From NCBI RefSeq assembly GCF_018977255.1, contig NW_024704742.1, positions 96,102,001 through 96,166,000 on the forward strand: a stretch of 64,000 bases of DNA, written 5' to 3'. Below the pieces are notes generated by a model. That model saw nothing but the letters and a program-made list of their open reading frames with translations. It was not told where the DNA came from and did no database searches. Shown in pieces: positions 1 through 12,875 of this stretch. How positions within the stretch are numbered: the stretch's first letter is position 1; every line of letters starts with the position of its first letter. The position numbers were made by a program, and so were the translations under genes. Source of the DNA: Callorhinchus milii (Eukaryota).

Positions 1-1397
1 GATAGTGCGGGAGGAAGTGGTGGTTGATGAGGAAGTTAGTTTCAGTAGTTTCAGTACCTTCCTGCAGAGGTGAAGGCCTCCTGTTCTTAGCCAGTCGTTG
101 GTTAGAGTCAGTGACTTTGATTCATTAGTCAGAGGTGAGGGAAAGATATAATTCCTTCCTTGGTGCAGTCAATGTGCTGAGGTTCTGAAGCATTCCGAGG
201 CTTGTGATTTCGAGAATGTGATTTCCTTCAGGCATGCCAGTTACCTAAGTTAATAGATCTGGCTTTATTAAGTCAAAGAACAGGGGGAAATGCAATTCCC
301 TTCAGTTAGTATGGCTAGCCCGTTTTTGGTTCTAGTGATTTGTTAATTGGGGATGAGGGAGGCGGAGGTAAAAACACGGTCCAATTAGTGTGGGTAGCAG
401 CTGGGCCGGGGACATCTCAAAGCAGTGAGTGAATGTGTTCAGGTGAGCAGTGAGGGCTCCTTTGCTGTATCAGTTGTCTTTCTATGGGGCAATGTGTGAG
501 CATCCTTCAGATGTTTCAAAGAGCTATAATTTTCAGGTGGGGGAGGGGGTGTGATTAAGGGAATATTAACCTCTTCATTGCTGACAATATACTTGGCTTC
601 CCTGTTAAGATCTTTTAACTACACTCTCTCACAATGCAAACTTTAAATGTGTTGCTAGTAGAAACAGCCTGTTTTAGGCTTTGCTCAGCAAACCAGCAGC
701 GTTTTTGATCATTAGGTCGGTTTGACCCTAAATTCACTCAACCCAAATTAAGTCAACCCTGGGCTGAATTACCAAAGATGCAAGGCCAAAGGCCACAAGA
801 TGATGGAGCTTTGCTTCAGTAACTCACATGATTTTGATTCAAACAGATAATAGTGTTTGCACACCAGACAGTGCTGGGTTAAATGGAACACCCAGTATGT
901 GAAGAAAGGATTACGAGATTCATACGGGTTTACAAACCAAAATACCCCGAATCCCAAGCTGGAAAAGTGTGGCACTTTTTTGATTACATTGGTTTGGGAA
1001 TGGCAATCCATCAACTTACATACCTTGTATGGATCTCAGAATCTGATATTTTGCTTTCTTTGAACGGAAAAGATTAAAACTATTATTAAAGATGCACAAA
1101 CCAAACCAATAATTGCAAAGACTCAATTGTTTACAAATTGGAGATATGCTTCATGTTTTGTAACAGATTCAAAGCAGTAATAATGATACTAAACCTGTTA
1201 TTAAATATTGCATTTTTGTTCCATTACTTCCTGCGCTTAGACAATAAATTGCTATCTTTTTCGATTACTTCAACTGTTTTTATGCCAAACCGGGGAAAAA
1301 AATGGGCCAGGAGGAAAAGCACGACTGCTGATATGACTTTGAAATCCTGTTTGATTTACACTGGGTGTGTTCTGCAAAGTTGACTAATAATGGAAGG

Positions 1398-1807
1398 AAC
1401 AGCACATCATCTAAATGCTAGGGACCTTACAGCCCTTTGGCCTCAATATGAGTTCAACCACTTCAAACCATAAGAATAGTTCCCATCTGCCATAATAGCT
1501 TACCTTCCCCCTCTTCTGTGGCTATTACCACACTATTACCACACGCCTTTTCTCTTTGGTTTGCTCTGCTGCCCTCCTTTGTTTTGCACATTAATACCTC
1601 TTTAACCCATCATACCTCATCCTCCAACCCGTTTTCTTCTTTGTCTTTCTTGCTCCGCCTTCCCTCTCTATTAGTCCTTAAAACCTCTCCCTCCCAACAT
1701 CCCCCAGTTCTGAGGAAGCTTCATAAACCTGAATCATTGACCCACTTTCCTTTCTCTATAGATGCTGTCTGATCTGCTGTGCGTTCCCAGCGATCTTTGT
1801 TTTGTTT
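1398..1807 (+). mobile_element. Penelope-like element 3' end / pseudo-LTR fragment
   Basis: Begins with a decayed GIY-YIG C-terminal coding motif (EQHII..LGTLQPFGLN.EFNHFKP*), then a pyrimidine-rich tract, a hammerhead-like motif and the GATGCTG.CTGA.CTGCTG tail. Flanked by CTAATAATGGAAGG (1384-1397) and CTAATAATGGGAAGG (1808-1822). Confidence 0.8.
1706..1743 (+). ncRNA. degenerate minimal type I hammerhead ribozyme motif
   Basis: AGTT-CTGAGGA-(14 nt)-GAATC-ATT-GAC. The CUGANGA box is intact and the GAAAC box is mutated. Homologous to the better copy at 46443. Confidence 0.5.
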
Positions 1808-2204
1808 CTAATAATGGGAAGGTTGGCTTGAAGTTCATACCACTTCTTGCTACACTCTAACATGCCATTTGATGTTATGCCCTACAGTCAATCACATGAC
1901 GATTAAATCATCTAGCTTATTACAAAGAGAGTAACCACAGTATATTGATCCTGAATGTTTTTTTTAAGCTTCCTTCTTGATGCTGTGGTAAATAGAACAA
2001 GCTGCAAAGTGTCAATTAGAATGCAAATGTCAGCTTCTAAATGTTGCCTGATAGGTAGAAGGCAGAAGGTGAGAGGACAGATTCTGATCTTGTACTTGTC
2101 AATGAGCAGGAAATGTCACAGCACGGCAGCCTGATAGCAGACATCCCAAATCTCAAGCATTAAGTGTGAGGACACAGGGTTAGCAATCTTTAATGGCCCA
2201 TGAT

Positions 2205-2345
2205 TATTCCTTCAAGATCATGAAAGATTATGAAAGGGCAGATGGTAATAGATTATTTCTATACTAGAAGGCACCCATTTAAGATAATCACAAAAGGAAT
2301 TAAAGGATAGGCTAGAAACAAAATCTTTACCCAGGTGGTGCAATT
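2205..2345 (+). mobile_element. old CR1 LINE fragment (ORF2 C-terminus)
   Basis: Decayed FKIMK.Y.R.D...LF and FTQ.VV motifs, similar to 44730-44890. Confidence 0.55.
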
Positions 2346-2389
2346 CTCACACACACAAAATTATCTCATACAAAAATGACACCAATAAT

Positions 2390-2612
2390 CCCATTCATGC
2401 TTTTATTAGCTCCTGCTTCGATTTTTCCAAAACATTCTTTCGTGGTCTCTCTAATTCCAGAAGCTCCAGCTCACGCAAAATGTGAACCTTGAGAGGAGAG
2501 GCGGTGGAGAGGGATAGAATGAACGACAGTGTCATAGGTGGAAGAGAGATCAAGGCAGACTAGATGACAGAGAGCCCTGGTCACAGGTGGACAAAATGTT
2601 GTTTGTTGTCAC
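2390..2612. mobile_element. two old L2 LINE fragments in opposite orientations
   Basis: + strand IHAFISSCFDFS..KLQLTQN; - strand remnant of the LDLS..DTV.HSI..HRLS region. Confidence 0.55.
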
Positions 2613-2664
2613 AAAATATCATCCCGCATGTTGCAAATTGGGATGTATTTTATTTCCATGCTAT

Positions 2665-3125
2665 GTGTCAGCCTGCTCTTGTCTCTGAGTCAGAAGGTTG
2701 TGAGTTCAAGCTTGTGTCGACATTTGATCTCACATAGCCTAGGCTGACACTCCAATGCAGTGCTGGTGTTGTGTTGTATTATTGGAAGTGCCGTCCTTGG
2801 GATACGATGTTAAACTGAGGTTTCTTCCTGTTATAATGGTAAAGGGGGAATTTCTTCCTTGCTATCCTGACCAACAATTTTCCAGATAAAATTGATCATT
2901 CAATTCACCACTGTTTGTGGGAAATTGCAGTGCATAAATTGGCTGCCTTGTTTGCCTACAAAGTACAATAATAATAATCCTTGCAGTTGATATAACGCCT
3001 TATCACATCTTTTAGACTTCCCAAAGCACTTCATATACAGTGACTATACTGTACAGTAAATCCTGTTAAGCACTTTGAGATGTCCTCACAACACGAAAGG
3101 CAATATATCAAACGGAAGGATGTTT
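2665..3125 (+). mobile_element. Deu-domain SINE with nested antisense SINE tail (2968-3035)
   Basis: tRNA-like head (TCTGAGTCAGAAGGTTGTGAGTTCAAG), GCTGACACTCCA body, TGTTTGTGGG..AAATTGGCTGC motif and L2-type tail. Confidence 0.8.
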
Positions 3126-3204
3126 TTGTATTATGAGAATCTTTTGCTGTACTGTCATCAATCGAGATTGGGGTACATTTTGCAATATTACACTATGTTA
3201 ATAT

Positions 3205-3310
3205 ACATTTTTTTGTTCACCCTGACACATATGGAAATCCATCATGTGTCTGACACATACAGAAATCCATCACCATGCTTAAGTGTATCCAAACTAAACT
3301 GAGAGTTTCG
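3205..3310 (-). mobile_element. 3' end of the RTE/RTEX-like LINE family
   Basis: TCTGACACAT..AGAAATCCATCACCATGCTTAAGTGTATCCAAACTAAACTGAGA, shared with 27635-27720. Contains a short tandem duplication. Confidence 0.75.
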
Positions 3311-4231
3311 GTCGGGCAGTTTGTTGGTTTGTCTGTCTCCCCTTTAAACGTCCCAATTTATATTACATTAAGAAGATATGTATTTATATAGCCTCATTAT
3401 CATGTCAAAATTTCAAAGCGTTGTATATGATGATGAGCTGTAGTATTGCACTTTGAAGTTTAATAACTGTTGTTGCATAGGTGAACGCAGCAGCTAACTT
3501 GCAACAGCAAAGTCACAGAAACACTCCATGGATTGCAGCCATTGTGAGGTTAATCACCTATTAAATATGTTCTTTGGTGACAAGATTCTCTACCATTTTG
3601 GTTTGTTTAACATTTTGCATCAGTTTGACCCACTTGGTAGATCCATCCCTCTAGTGCCTTGGGCCCTTGTCCCAAGTGCCTGCTTTTATGATTGCCAAGT
3701 GAATCTGTTAATTCCTTTCCCTAACAGACTGGAGGTAGAGACTGCCCATCTGAGACATTGCTTCCATTGATCCAGCAAAGGAGTATTATCAATCAAGGAC
3801 ATCTGGTTCCATTGTGGGTTTTGTTGATCCTGGCAGTCTGAGGAGAAGCTTTTCTATCTCTATGTCACCTGTTTTCCTGGTGATCTTGGGAGGTTCTACC
3901 TACTAACTTCGTGCTCTTTGTTATTTGACGACACTAAATTCGTATGGGAATCGCAATCTAAATTGTTGCCTAGTCATATATAATTGCAATGAAAACAATT
4001 TTTTTTTTCGTAGTTTACTTTAAAGCTTTCCATGGTGTTGTCAGCCAGTGCCCTGCCAGTAAAGTTCTTCATTCACAAAATAAGAATCTTCATGATGGTG
4101 CATTGTATCCATTTCTTGTATATTTCTCAAGATACTAGATTGCCCCCAACATTGTTGTATTAAGCAATAGAGCAATGACTCCAAGTTACTCAGCCCGGTC
4201 ACAGTTATAAGCCCCTGAATGTCCATAGGAT

Positions 4232-5369
4232 TTGTACGGCTTTTCCTCCAGCCCCCGCACTGTCTCGTGCGGTGTCCCTCAGGGCTCTGTCCTCGGTCCC
4301 CTCCTCTTCACCCTCCATATGCTCCCCCTTGGCGACATCATCCGCAGACATGGGGTTAACTTCCACATGTATGCGGATGACACCCAACTCTACCTTTCCT
4401 CCTCTACCCTCAACTCCACGACCACCGATGTCCTGACAGTCTGCCTGTCCGACATTGAGTCCTGGACGAGAGAAAGCTTTCTTCAGCTCAACGTGCGCAA
4501 AACTGAGGCCCTCCTGATTGGCTCGCGTCAGCACCTCCGCACCTCAGGCGCTGACAGCATCAGCATCCAAGGCTGCACTCTCCACCTCTCAAAGCCAGTC
4601 AGGAACCTCGGCGTTCTGTTCGACCCTGAGCTGTCCTTTCTTCCTCATATCTGCACCACAACTGGCAATGCCTTCCATCACCTCCGGAACATCGCCAGAC
4701 TACGGCACTACCTCACCCCTCACGCTGCTGAAACTCTGGTCCACGCCTTTATCACCTCAAGGCTGGACTATGGGAACTCTCTCCTCGCCGGCCTTCCCGC
4801 CACCTCCCTCCACAAGCTGCAGGTCATTCAGAACTCTGCAGCTCGTGTACTGATCCGCACCAGGCTTCGGGACCACATCACTCCCACCCTCGCTCGCCTC
4901 CACTAGCTCCCCATCCCCCAGAGGATCGAATTCAAGATCCTCATCCTCACCTACAAGGCCATTCACGCCTTGCTCCCTCCTACCTTTCCGACCTACTATA
5001 CCCCTACCTACCTGCCCGTACCCTCCGTTCCTCTGGCTCCAGTCTGCTCCACATCCCCCGCCCCAAACGCCCTACCATCGGTGGCCGGGCCTTCAGCCTC
5101 TCAGCCCCTAGGCTCTGGAACTCCATCCCCCAGTGCCTTCGCCGCCTCCTCCCTTTCCTCCTTCAAGGCCGGTCTCAAGACCTTTCTCTTTGACCGTGCC
5201 TTCAGCTCCCCTCTCGACTCTCTAGCCCCTCCTCGCTCGCTCCCTTCGCTCTCCTCACCCTGACCATTTACCCCCCAAGGCTCGGGTCCTGACCCAAGTG
5301 TCCAGCGCCTTGGGACATCCTCCCAACATGAAAGGCACTCTATAAATGGAATCTTGTTGTTGTTGTTGT
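4232..5369 (+). mobile_element. 5'-truncated L2-clade LINE, relatively young
   Basis: 224-aa open frame with [30 protein letters not shown] and [10 protein letters not shown]. One TAG replaces the W of LHWLP. The 3' UTR ends AAAGGCACTCTATAAATGGAATC(TTG)n. CpGs are largely retained. Confidence 0.95.
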
Positions 5370-6000
5370 AAAAGTTTTGGGGGAGGGGAATTGTTTATAG
5401 AGCAAATAGTGCAAAAGGAATAAATATAACATTTATCCTACTCTGATATCCTGTGTGAACAATTCGGCTTTTACTTTAGTCATAACGTTACTTTAATCAT
5501 ATAATTTGTGGCTGCTTATACTGTGTAGCATGTTGGGTGTGAGGGTAGTAGTATTTAAATACAGATCATCCAGTGGTGAAGAGAGAGGAGGGGGCCTTTC
5601 CACACCATTAGTTGGCATTGTGACTGAAGACTGTTGATGTCCATGTTATGTGCGGAGCTCTCTGAAGCCCACAATTCACCTGAACCCCTCAAGTTGACAC
5701 TTGACAATGTGCTACCAGTTGTTTGGCTGATTGTGCGATCAGTCGTTCCTGGAGCATCTACCCATATCAATGTGATAGATCAGCTGACCTTCTAACCAGA
5801 CAGTCCCCAAACTTCTACACCCAAACACTTAATTGGTTAGACTTCGTTCACACAGGACACCAGAGTGGGATAAAGTTTATATCTCTTCCTTTTGTACCTG
5901 TTTACAAGTATAACATATCAGGCCCCTAAATGTTTTTATTTCACATGATATATTACCTTAATCCTTCTTGTGATTTGTAACAAGAAAGTAAATAGTCCAT

Positions 6001-6180
6001 AGGGATTTTACTTGCATTTTTCTTAATAGAATTCCTTAATAAAGAATCTAGGTCAAGTAAAACATGACTCCTTCAGAATATTGGAATTACGTCACGCCAA
6101 CCCACAGGAAATCTGCTCCAATGATCGGAGATCTTATTAAGGAATCCTGTTAAGTAATACTGATACTTAGAGATGCTAGG
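6001..6180. repeat. short foldback / MITE-like element
   Basis: Arm CTTAATAGAATTCCTTAATAAAGAATCT (6022-6049) is near reverse-complementary to AGATCTTATTAAGGAATCCTGTTAAG (6129-6154). Confidence 0.6.
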
Positions 6181-8351
6181 CAAATATTATTTTGACAAAT
6201 GGATCTGAGAATTTCAGTAGTACCCAGCAGTGCTCTTGCTAGCATGTCACTCAGCCTCACTGAGAGCTCACACAATCTATCGCTTTCCCAACTGTGACAA
6301 GCTGAGATCCTGATTGACAGACAGCCCTGGGACCTACACAACCATTCAGCTTGATAATGGCAGTTCTGTAGCACAAGGCTATCAGGCCGCTTTCAATCTG
6401 TGGTGGGTAAAATGAACCGTGTCGAGGGCCAAGTAGCTATCAGCTTTGTCTGCAGTACTAACTATGCAGCCCCTTTTGCAGCTCATCACAGTTATTGTTC
6501 TGTTCTAAAGTATTTTCCTATGGGTGGCTGTCTTTTCACAGCAGTGACTGAAACCAAGAATTGGATTGATGCCTGACTGCTACACACAATTGGTTATTCA
6601 CACTGTCAATCGCAGCATTCACCTCAATGCTGGCCGGTCTCACAAGGAATAAAAGAGGCCACTGGCCTAAACCCATTGAGTGGTGAAAATAGGAGATGAT
6701 ATTGACACTCGACATTGTTTTTGAGACCGGTTGGGGCTAATTCAACTCATTTTCTTGAAGCCAAAGAAAATTTCATTTCAAACTAAAGTTTGGCTCCACG
6801 TGGCTCTGCTTTGTTCATACAACAGTTACAAATTTATACTGAGTGCTATCCTTAGACTCAATAGAAGTCTTATTTGCCGATAAGATTTTGGAAATTGAAT
6901 TTGATGTGACTGAATTCACTCCGAAGTGAAGAGAACCTTTCTTCAACAGACTTTGACATGGGGCCAGTGTCTGATTGTTCTCATTGGAAATCTTTTGCAA
7001 TTTTTTTTTCGATCTGAGACCCAGTTGCATTCTCAAGCATCCACAACAGTTTTCTGACCTCAGGCTGCTAAAGGTTATTGTGACTGTCTTCCATTGTTCT
7101 ATTCACAATCCTGGCTGTCATGTTTATTTTGGCTATTTCTAGGGTAAGTGAATCTAGCTTAGTCTAATAACAAAAATAGGGAGTGTATGTGTTTGGTAAA
7201 ATATTTCCACAGCATTTGCCAATGGATTACTGGAGTGACCTCTAGTGTGTGATCATGAGGCACATGTTTTAAAGCAACCCACATCTATTGGTCTATTTCA
7301 CATCTTCAAGCATGACGGAACCAGAGCCATCAAAATATAGATTGCTACAAATACATTTTAAATTGTTTGCGAAGGAAAATAATCAAAATGAAATAATTAG
7401 ATTATTTGCCTCTAGGCTATATTTCATCCTTCATGATCTCTCCCCACTTCTCCCACTCCTTCCCCATAAAGATTCAGAATTAGTAATAATACATCATTAT
7501 GCATATTAAGTATTCCCTTTCTTGTTTCCTGTTTACTTCATCTACTTTCTGAATCATTGAGCATTTCATGAAATGCCTTGCGCTACCCCATTATGTAAAA
7601 TTAAACGCTGAAGATGTTTGGACTTATTAAAAAACTAAAAAAAGAAAATGAATCACATGCAAGCCCTTCATTATGCATGCAGTAGTGCTGCAAGTTCACA
7701 GTACAGTGGTAAGACGAAAGCTTGAGACGAAAGCGCAGTTAAATTCTCAGGGCACGCAGAAGAAGAGTCCTGCTTATTGGCAATCTGTGCTTAAACAGCT
7801 CTCGTAATTTCATTAATGTTGTTTAGGGCTGCCTGCGTGAGTTATGAAGAGGGTTTAGAGCTGCACCCACACTCAGTAAACACTATCAGCTCTAACATTT
7901 TTCACAACACTTGAATGTCAACAGCTGTCACTTCTTATCTCTTATACAACCATTTTTCCCCAAGACTACCTCTTGTGATGGCACTAGAAGGTGTCTCAGC
8001 TATTTTGTCATGATTCATTTTCATCATCTGCTCAGCACAGCTCCTTGTGCAGTGAAGACAGGACAAAGCAAGCTTGATTATGAATCCAGGTACTTGGTGT
8101 TAATTCATGAGCAAAAGTGCTTGAGGGTTCTGGATATAATGAACCAAATGCAAAATACTACAGCACATTTTTGTTTAGCTGCAATGCTGGAATTACTTTG
8201 CAAAACAACTCACATTTTCCAGGAATCAATAGAAATATTAGTGAGAATGCTGTCTGGCTTAAATGAGCATTTGCATCCTACTGGGAAAGGTGGGAAGGTG
8301 AGCAAACATGTTAACAGCTTAAGCTTTGGAGACTCTAAGCTGTTACCGATA

Positions 8352-8710
8352 GTGATTTCATATAGTGCTTTATCACTTCTTTGAGATGTCTCAAAACGCT
8401 TCACAGAATATACTGTAAAGTGCATTGATTGTATATTTTGTGGGCAAAATGCGGCAGCCAATTGTGGACAGCTTCACAAACAGTCGTGAATTGAATGACA
8501 AAATTATTCATCTATTTATTAATTTATTGAAGGGATTATTATCCCAGGAAAAGCAATCCACCACTCGATTAACAACCGGGTTCAGCCCGTATAAACAGAT
8601 GCATGTGGAGTGAGGAGCCTTGCCTAATGTTTCACCCTTCCCGGGAAATGAACCCGGGTCCTCTCGCTTGTGAGGCAAGTACTCTGACCAATATGCTTTA
8701 GGACTCCACA
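8352..8710 (-). mobile_element. tRNA-headed SINE (family A), long-spacer variant
   Basis: The reverse strand starts GTGGAGTCCT.AAGCATATTGGTCAGAG with B box GGTTCATTTCCC, has an extra ~60-bp internal segment, then the Deu-type 3' part and L2 tail. Confidence 0.85.
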
Positions 8711-8959
8711 ATTGATTGAAGAGAAGAGACAGTCCTCTAAGGAGGTTCTGAAGACAGGAAGAGAAGTGCAAAGCAAAGAGATTTAGGGAGAGAGTTCCAG
8801 ACAGCAGTGGCTGAAATCCTAAAACAATGTTCCGTTTTGATGTGACTTAAGTCTTAGGGGTTTGGTTCTTGGTAAATTAGCAAATCCTGGTGAGGGAGAA
8901 CGTTACATATTTCATTGGGACCGTACATTTGCCAAACTTAGGACAAACACTAAAAAGCT

Positions 8960-9120
8960 TTTTTTGGTCAGCTGGGGAAGTGACACATGTGAAAACCCAT
9001 CACCATGCTTAAGTGTGTCCAAATTAAACTGAGAATTCCATGCATCCCACCTACACATGGAAATTCCAGAGATACACTGTTGGAATGGAATGCGCACAAT
9101 CTCCCTGGAGACTATTCGGC
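8960..9120 (-). mobile_element. 3' end of the RTE/RTEX-like LINE family
   Basis: TTTTGGTCAG..GACACATG..AACCCATCACCATGCTTAAG..CTCCCTGGAG, matching 27640-27790. Confidence 0.8.
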
Positions 9121-9769
9121 AAAAACGTTTTGTTGAATAATCTGGACATAATGACCAATGGGAGCCCAGACATTTCTACACCATGACTGTAGTCTTCAAA
9201 CACTTTTCACACAGTTCAATGAGAAAGCTGTCCAGGACAATACCCCACAATCCATCATCTTTATATTGCACACAAACTGATGGGCAATTTATGTCAAGAA
9301 TGCATGCCGTGGTGGATAAAATTTACAATAATGTAGACAGTTAATTAAAAATTACATGTATATAAATTAGCCAAACTGAAGCCTAGCCTCAAACTTGGAA
9401 TTCTTGTTAACTAACATTCATGGAACGTGTAGCATTGAGGACATTTGATTCTTGCTAAGAATTGGATGCACATGAACTGAGCTGAAAGTAATGAACAGGT
9501 TGGTTAACTTCCAATTGGAAATTCACTAAATATTACAATTTGCTATTCGCCCTGTGAAGTGCTTCAACACATTCATCCCTGTGAAATGTGTTATATGAGT
9601 GCAAGTACTGCAGTTACTGTTGTTGAATTGAATTGTTGAATTGGTTACAAAAAAATCTCTGAAAGGGACATGAGGATTGCTTCATATTAAGCTTGTAGTT
9701 ATAGCATTTGCCTTGTTCAAGGTAACTGCCAGGCAAAAAAGCTGCAAGTGAAGTGTTTCACATACATAG

Positions 9770-9840
9770 AATCATATATATAGAACTTTACAGCACATAA
9801 ACAGGTTATTTGGCCCAACTAGTCCATGCCTGTGTTTATT
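9770..9840 (-). mobile_element. CR1-type 3' terminal fragment
   Basis: CATAGAATCAT..TACAGCAC..TTTGGCCCA is the reverse complement of the CR1 terminal hairpin and octamer. Confidence 0.65.
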
Positions 9841-10435
9841 GAAACATGAAGCAAAGCTTCAAAAATAACACTAAGTGTCTTAATAATTTCTAACAAAGAC
9901 GATGTAATACTGCTAGTTCAGTGGTAAATATTTAAAATATCAAAATGCCTTTTTTAAGCACAACCTTCTCATAAGTACCTCTTTTCAACCTTCCCCATCA
10001 AGCCAACAATGTTACAACTTGTTTATATATTTTTAATTTAGCTCCAATGAATGATGGAGCCAGAAATTTAAACTGGCTCTGTAGCAAGATATTAAAATAG
10101 ATAATGTTTCCAGTCATAACAACTGAATAAATTATGCAAATCCACCCATGGAATAACAATATTTAACCCACATTATGCAGGTACAAATAAAAATTGGGCT
10201 TTAAATTGTCAGAGCAATATAAAAGGCCACATTCCATTATTGCAAATTCCACGTGCGGGTTAATTACAGTTAAAATGTAGTCTTAACACTTTAAGAACCA
10301 AAATTAAATGTGGGACTAGAAATTAGTTTATTAACTAATTTGATGGCATTGAGTGTGAACCCCCTCCCTCCAATGTCAGTCTCAAACCCAGTGCATTACT
10401 CACCCTGTGGATCTATTACCCACTTTTGTACATGC

Positions 10436-10850
10436 ATGTGTCAGTGTGGCTCAGTTGGTCGTAGTCTCGCCTCTCGGTCAGAAGGTTCTAGGTTGTGGAT
10501 TCAAGCCACGTGTCAGCACTTTGAACTCATATATTCTATGCTGACTCTCCAAAACAGTGCTGTTGGAGGTGTTGTCCTTTCTATGAGACTTTAAGCTGAG
10601 GTCCTGTTTTCCTGTTCAGGTGGACGTTAAAGATCCCATCTCACTATTAAAAAAGAGACGAGAGTTTCACACACATTGGTCACTCACTTCATGGCTGTTT
10701 GTGGGACATTTCTGTGTGAAAATTGGCTGCTGCATTCACCTACAAATACACAGTCATTACACCTTACAATAAATCCTTGAAATACTTTGAGATATCCTCC
10801 TGACGTGAAAGGCACTACAGCAAATTGAAGGACTATTATTATTATATTAT
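10436..10850 (+). mobile_element. Deu-domain SINE, near full length
   Basis: GTGGCTCAGTTGGT A box, GTTCAGGTGGACGTTAAAGATCCCAT Deu core, AAATTGGCTGC and GTGAAAGGCACTA..(TTA)n tail. Confidence 0.88.
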
Positions 10851-10859
10851 TGTATCAGT

Positions 10860-11165
10860 ATTATTAACCTGATTGTACATAAAGTATATTCTGCATTCTT
10901 TATGTACTCCCTGCATGTCCACACCGACTTTGTATATAAACTACCCACTCTGTATGTCTATTTCTCACTCAGTGTATGCATTATTTCCCTTTTTGTGTAT
11001 TCATTCCTAATCCTGATCTGAATAATATGTATTATTATTTCTGTATAAGCATTGCACATTTTGTAAATGATTTTTCCATTCTGTACATGCATTACCCATT
11101 TAGTATATATATTGCACACTTAGTATACAATTTCTCATACGGTACATGCATTGCAATGCTGCTGC
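10860..11165. repeat. degenerate ~20-bp tandem repeat
   Basis: Recurring ATT(A/G)C(C/A)CA(C/T)T..GTAT(A/G) units at roughly 20-bp spacing. Confidence 0.5.
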
Positions 11166-12113
11166 ATTAAACTTTCACAACCTCAGCTATTTCCGACATC
11201 TCAGCTGTTTTCTCTCAACAAGCCTTGAGAAATCCATTCTGACCTTAAATCCCTCACAGACTAATCTACTGATAGGCCTCCAAAGCTCCAGGTAAATTAA
11301 TAGCATGAAATGTGCCTGAGAAACATGCTTGACTGCCTCCAAAATCCCTCTGAGGCTTGAATTATTTGTATTAAGATAGGGCAGCAGTCAGGCCTCTATG
11401 AGTCAATTCTCTGTTACAGCTGCCAATACTTTTTTTTTACCTGAGAGAGCTTCTTCATTCTTTATTATTGCTCAGGAATCAATACTCCCATTGCCCTCAC
11501 AAAATGCTATACAAGCGTTATTGGCATTTCACTTGGCAGTGAAGGGTATCAACATCAATCTCACCAGCTCCCTGTGTCTGAGGCCTCTGTTCACTGTTTC
11601 ACAGCAGTGCTAAGTTTATTGATTTGAGGAGGAAGTTTTTTCGCTCAAAATATTGACAAATTTTCAAATTCTGAAACATACAGAATATTTGACAATTTAC
11701 AAATAGATCTGGGAAATGAACCCTTGCCTCTTTTGAGGTCTATTTGAACAATTAAATTGAAAGGAATGTATTGGGTGGTGAGTTTTTTTTCCTCTCTGAA
11801 AGAGTTCATAAGGTGCACAGATTTTAAATCACTATCGCATCTGCAGGTTTGTGTTTGCTGTAACAGGAGAATACTGTAATGAATTAACTCCTTCATTATA
11901 ACAGATATGGTTTTCACTGAATCTTGCTGAGAGGAAATATGAAAGAAAGCTGGGAGTGTTAGTTGACCATGTTCAAAATGTGTGAGACAGTAATACACAG
12001 GGCTAATAAGAGTAGGCTCCGCTACATTACAAAATCAGTTAATTTATACATACACCCTCTCCAGCATGTGTTGCTGAAACTATAGTGCTCAGGTCAGGCC
12101 TCACTTGCTGGAA

Positions 12114-12497
12114 TGATAATAATAATACTTGCATTTAATTTAGTATCTTTCTCTTTGGGAGGATATTTCCAAGTGCTCTGCAGGATATACTGTAAAGTGC
12201 AGTGACTGTGCATTTTGTAGACAAATGAAGCAGCCAATTTGTCCACACCAATGATCCATAAACCGTCATGAATTGAATGATAAGTTTTATTTGGAGGATT
12301 TTTGGCCAAGAAACAGGGAGAAATTCACTTTTTAAATCATGCCATATGATCTTTAACGTCCACCTGAACAGGCAGATGGAACATTGGTTTAACTTTTCAT
12401 CCAAAGGATGGCACCTCTGACAAAGCAGTACAACCCCAGCACTAGATTGAAGATGCATATAGATATGGTCATCATGACATAGAGGAGCCACTCAAGA
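12114..12497 (-). mobile_element. Deu-domain SINE
   Basis: (TAA)n tail, GCAGCCAATTT and ATCTTTAACGTCCACCTGAACAG, i.e. the reverse complement of 10436-10850. Confidence 0.85.
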
Positions 12498-12509
12498 CCT
12501 CCAGATAGG

Positions 12510-12709
12510 GCAGCCAATTACGCACAGCAGTGTCCCACAAACAGTCGTGGATTGAAAATGACCAATTTATTATTGGTTTTGTTTTTGGAGGGATTATTAT
12601 TAGGTGTGTGGAGTAAGGAAACTTGCCCAAAGTTTTGCCCTGCCTGGAATTGAACCCAGGTGTCTCACCTGCAAGGCAAGTGATCTAACCACTGAGCTGC
12701 AGGACTCCA
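12510..12709 (-). mobile_element. SINE family A lacking its 3' tail
   Basis: GAGTAAGGAAACTTGCCCAA..GGAATTGAACCCAGG..CTAACCACTGAGCT..GGACTCCAC. Confidence 0.88.
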
Positions 12710-12875
12710 CGATCCTTAATACAGGATCCTTAATGGGTCCAGAAAAAACAAAAACATGATTTCAGAAACGCAAAGGCAGTAGGATAGGAGGTGATAGGTT
12801 CAGGGTTGTGAAGGGCAAGTTTAGGACAGACATCAGGAAATATTTGTTTACACAGAACTGGAACAGATTACATGC

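Noticed and set aside
1..586. Possible LTR end (reverse strand begins TGTCAGCAATGAAGAGGTTAAT)
   Set aside because: The other end lies outside the window, and there is no second copy, PBS/PPT, TSD or gag/pol sequence to support it.
4232..4906. 224-aa ORF as a functional gene
   Set aside because: It is a 5'-truncated L2 RT fragment without a true start, ending at a premature TAG followed by a frameshift.
7911..8384. 157-aa ORF
   Set aside because: Non-ATG start, no recognisable domain, and it runs into a SINE tail.
10860..11165. CRISPR-like periodicity
   Set aside because: Degenerate contiguous minisatellite without unique spacers, in a vertebrate context with no cas genes.
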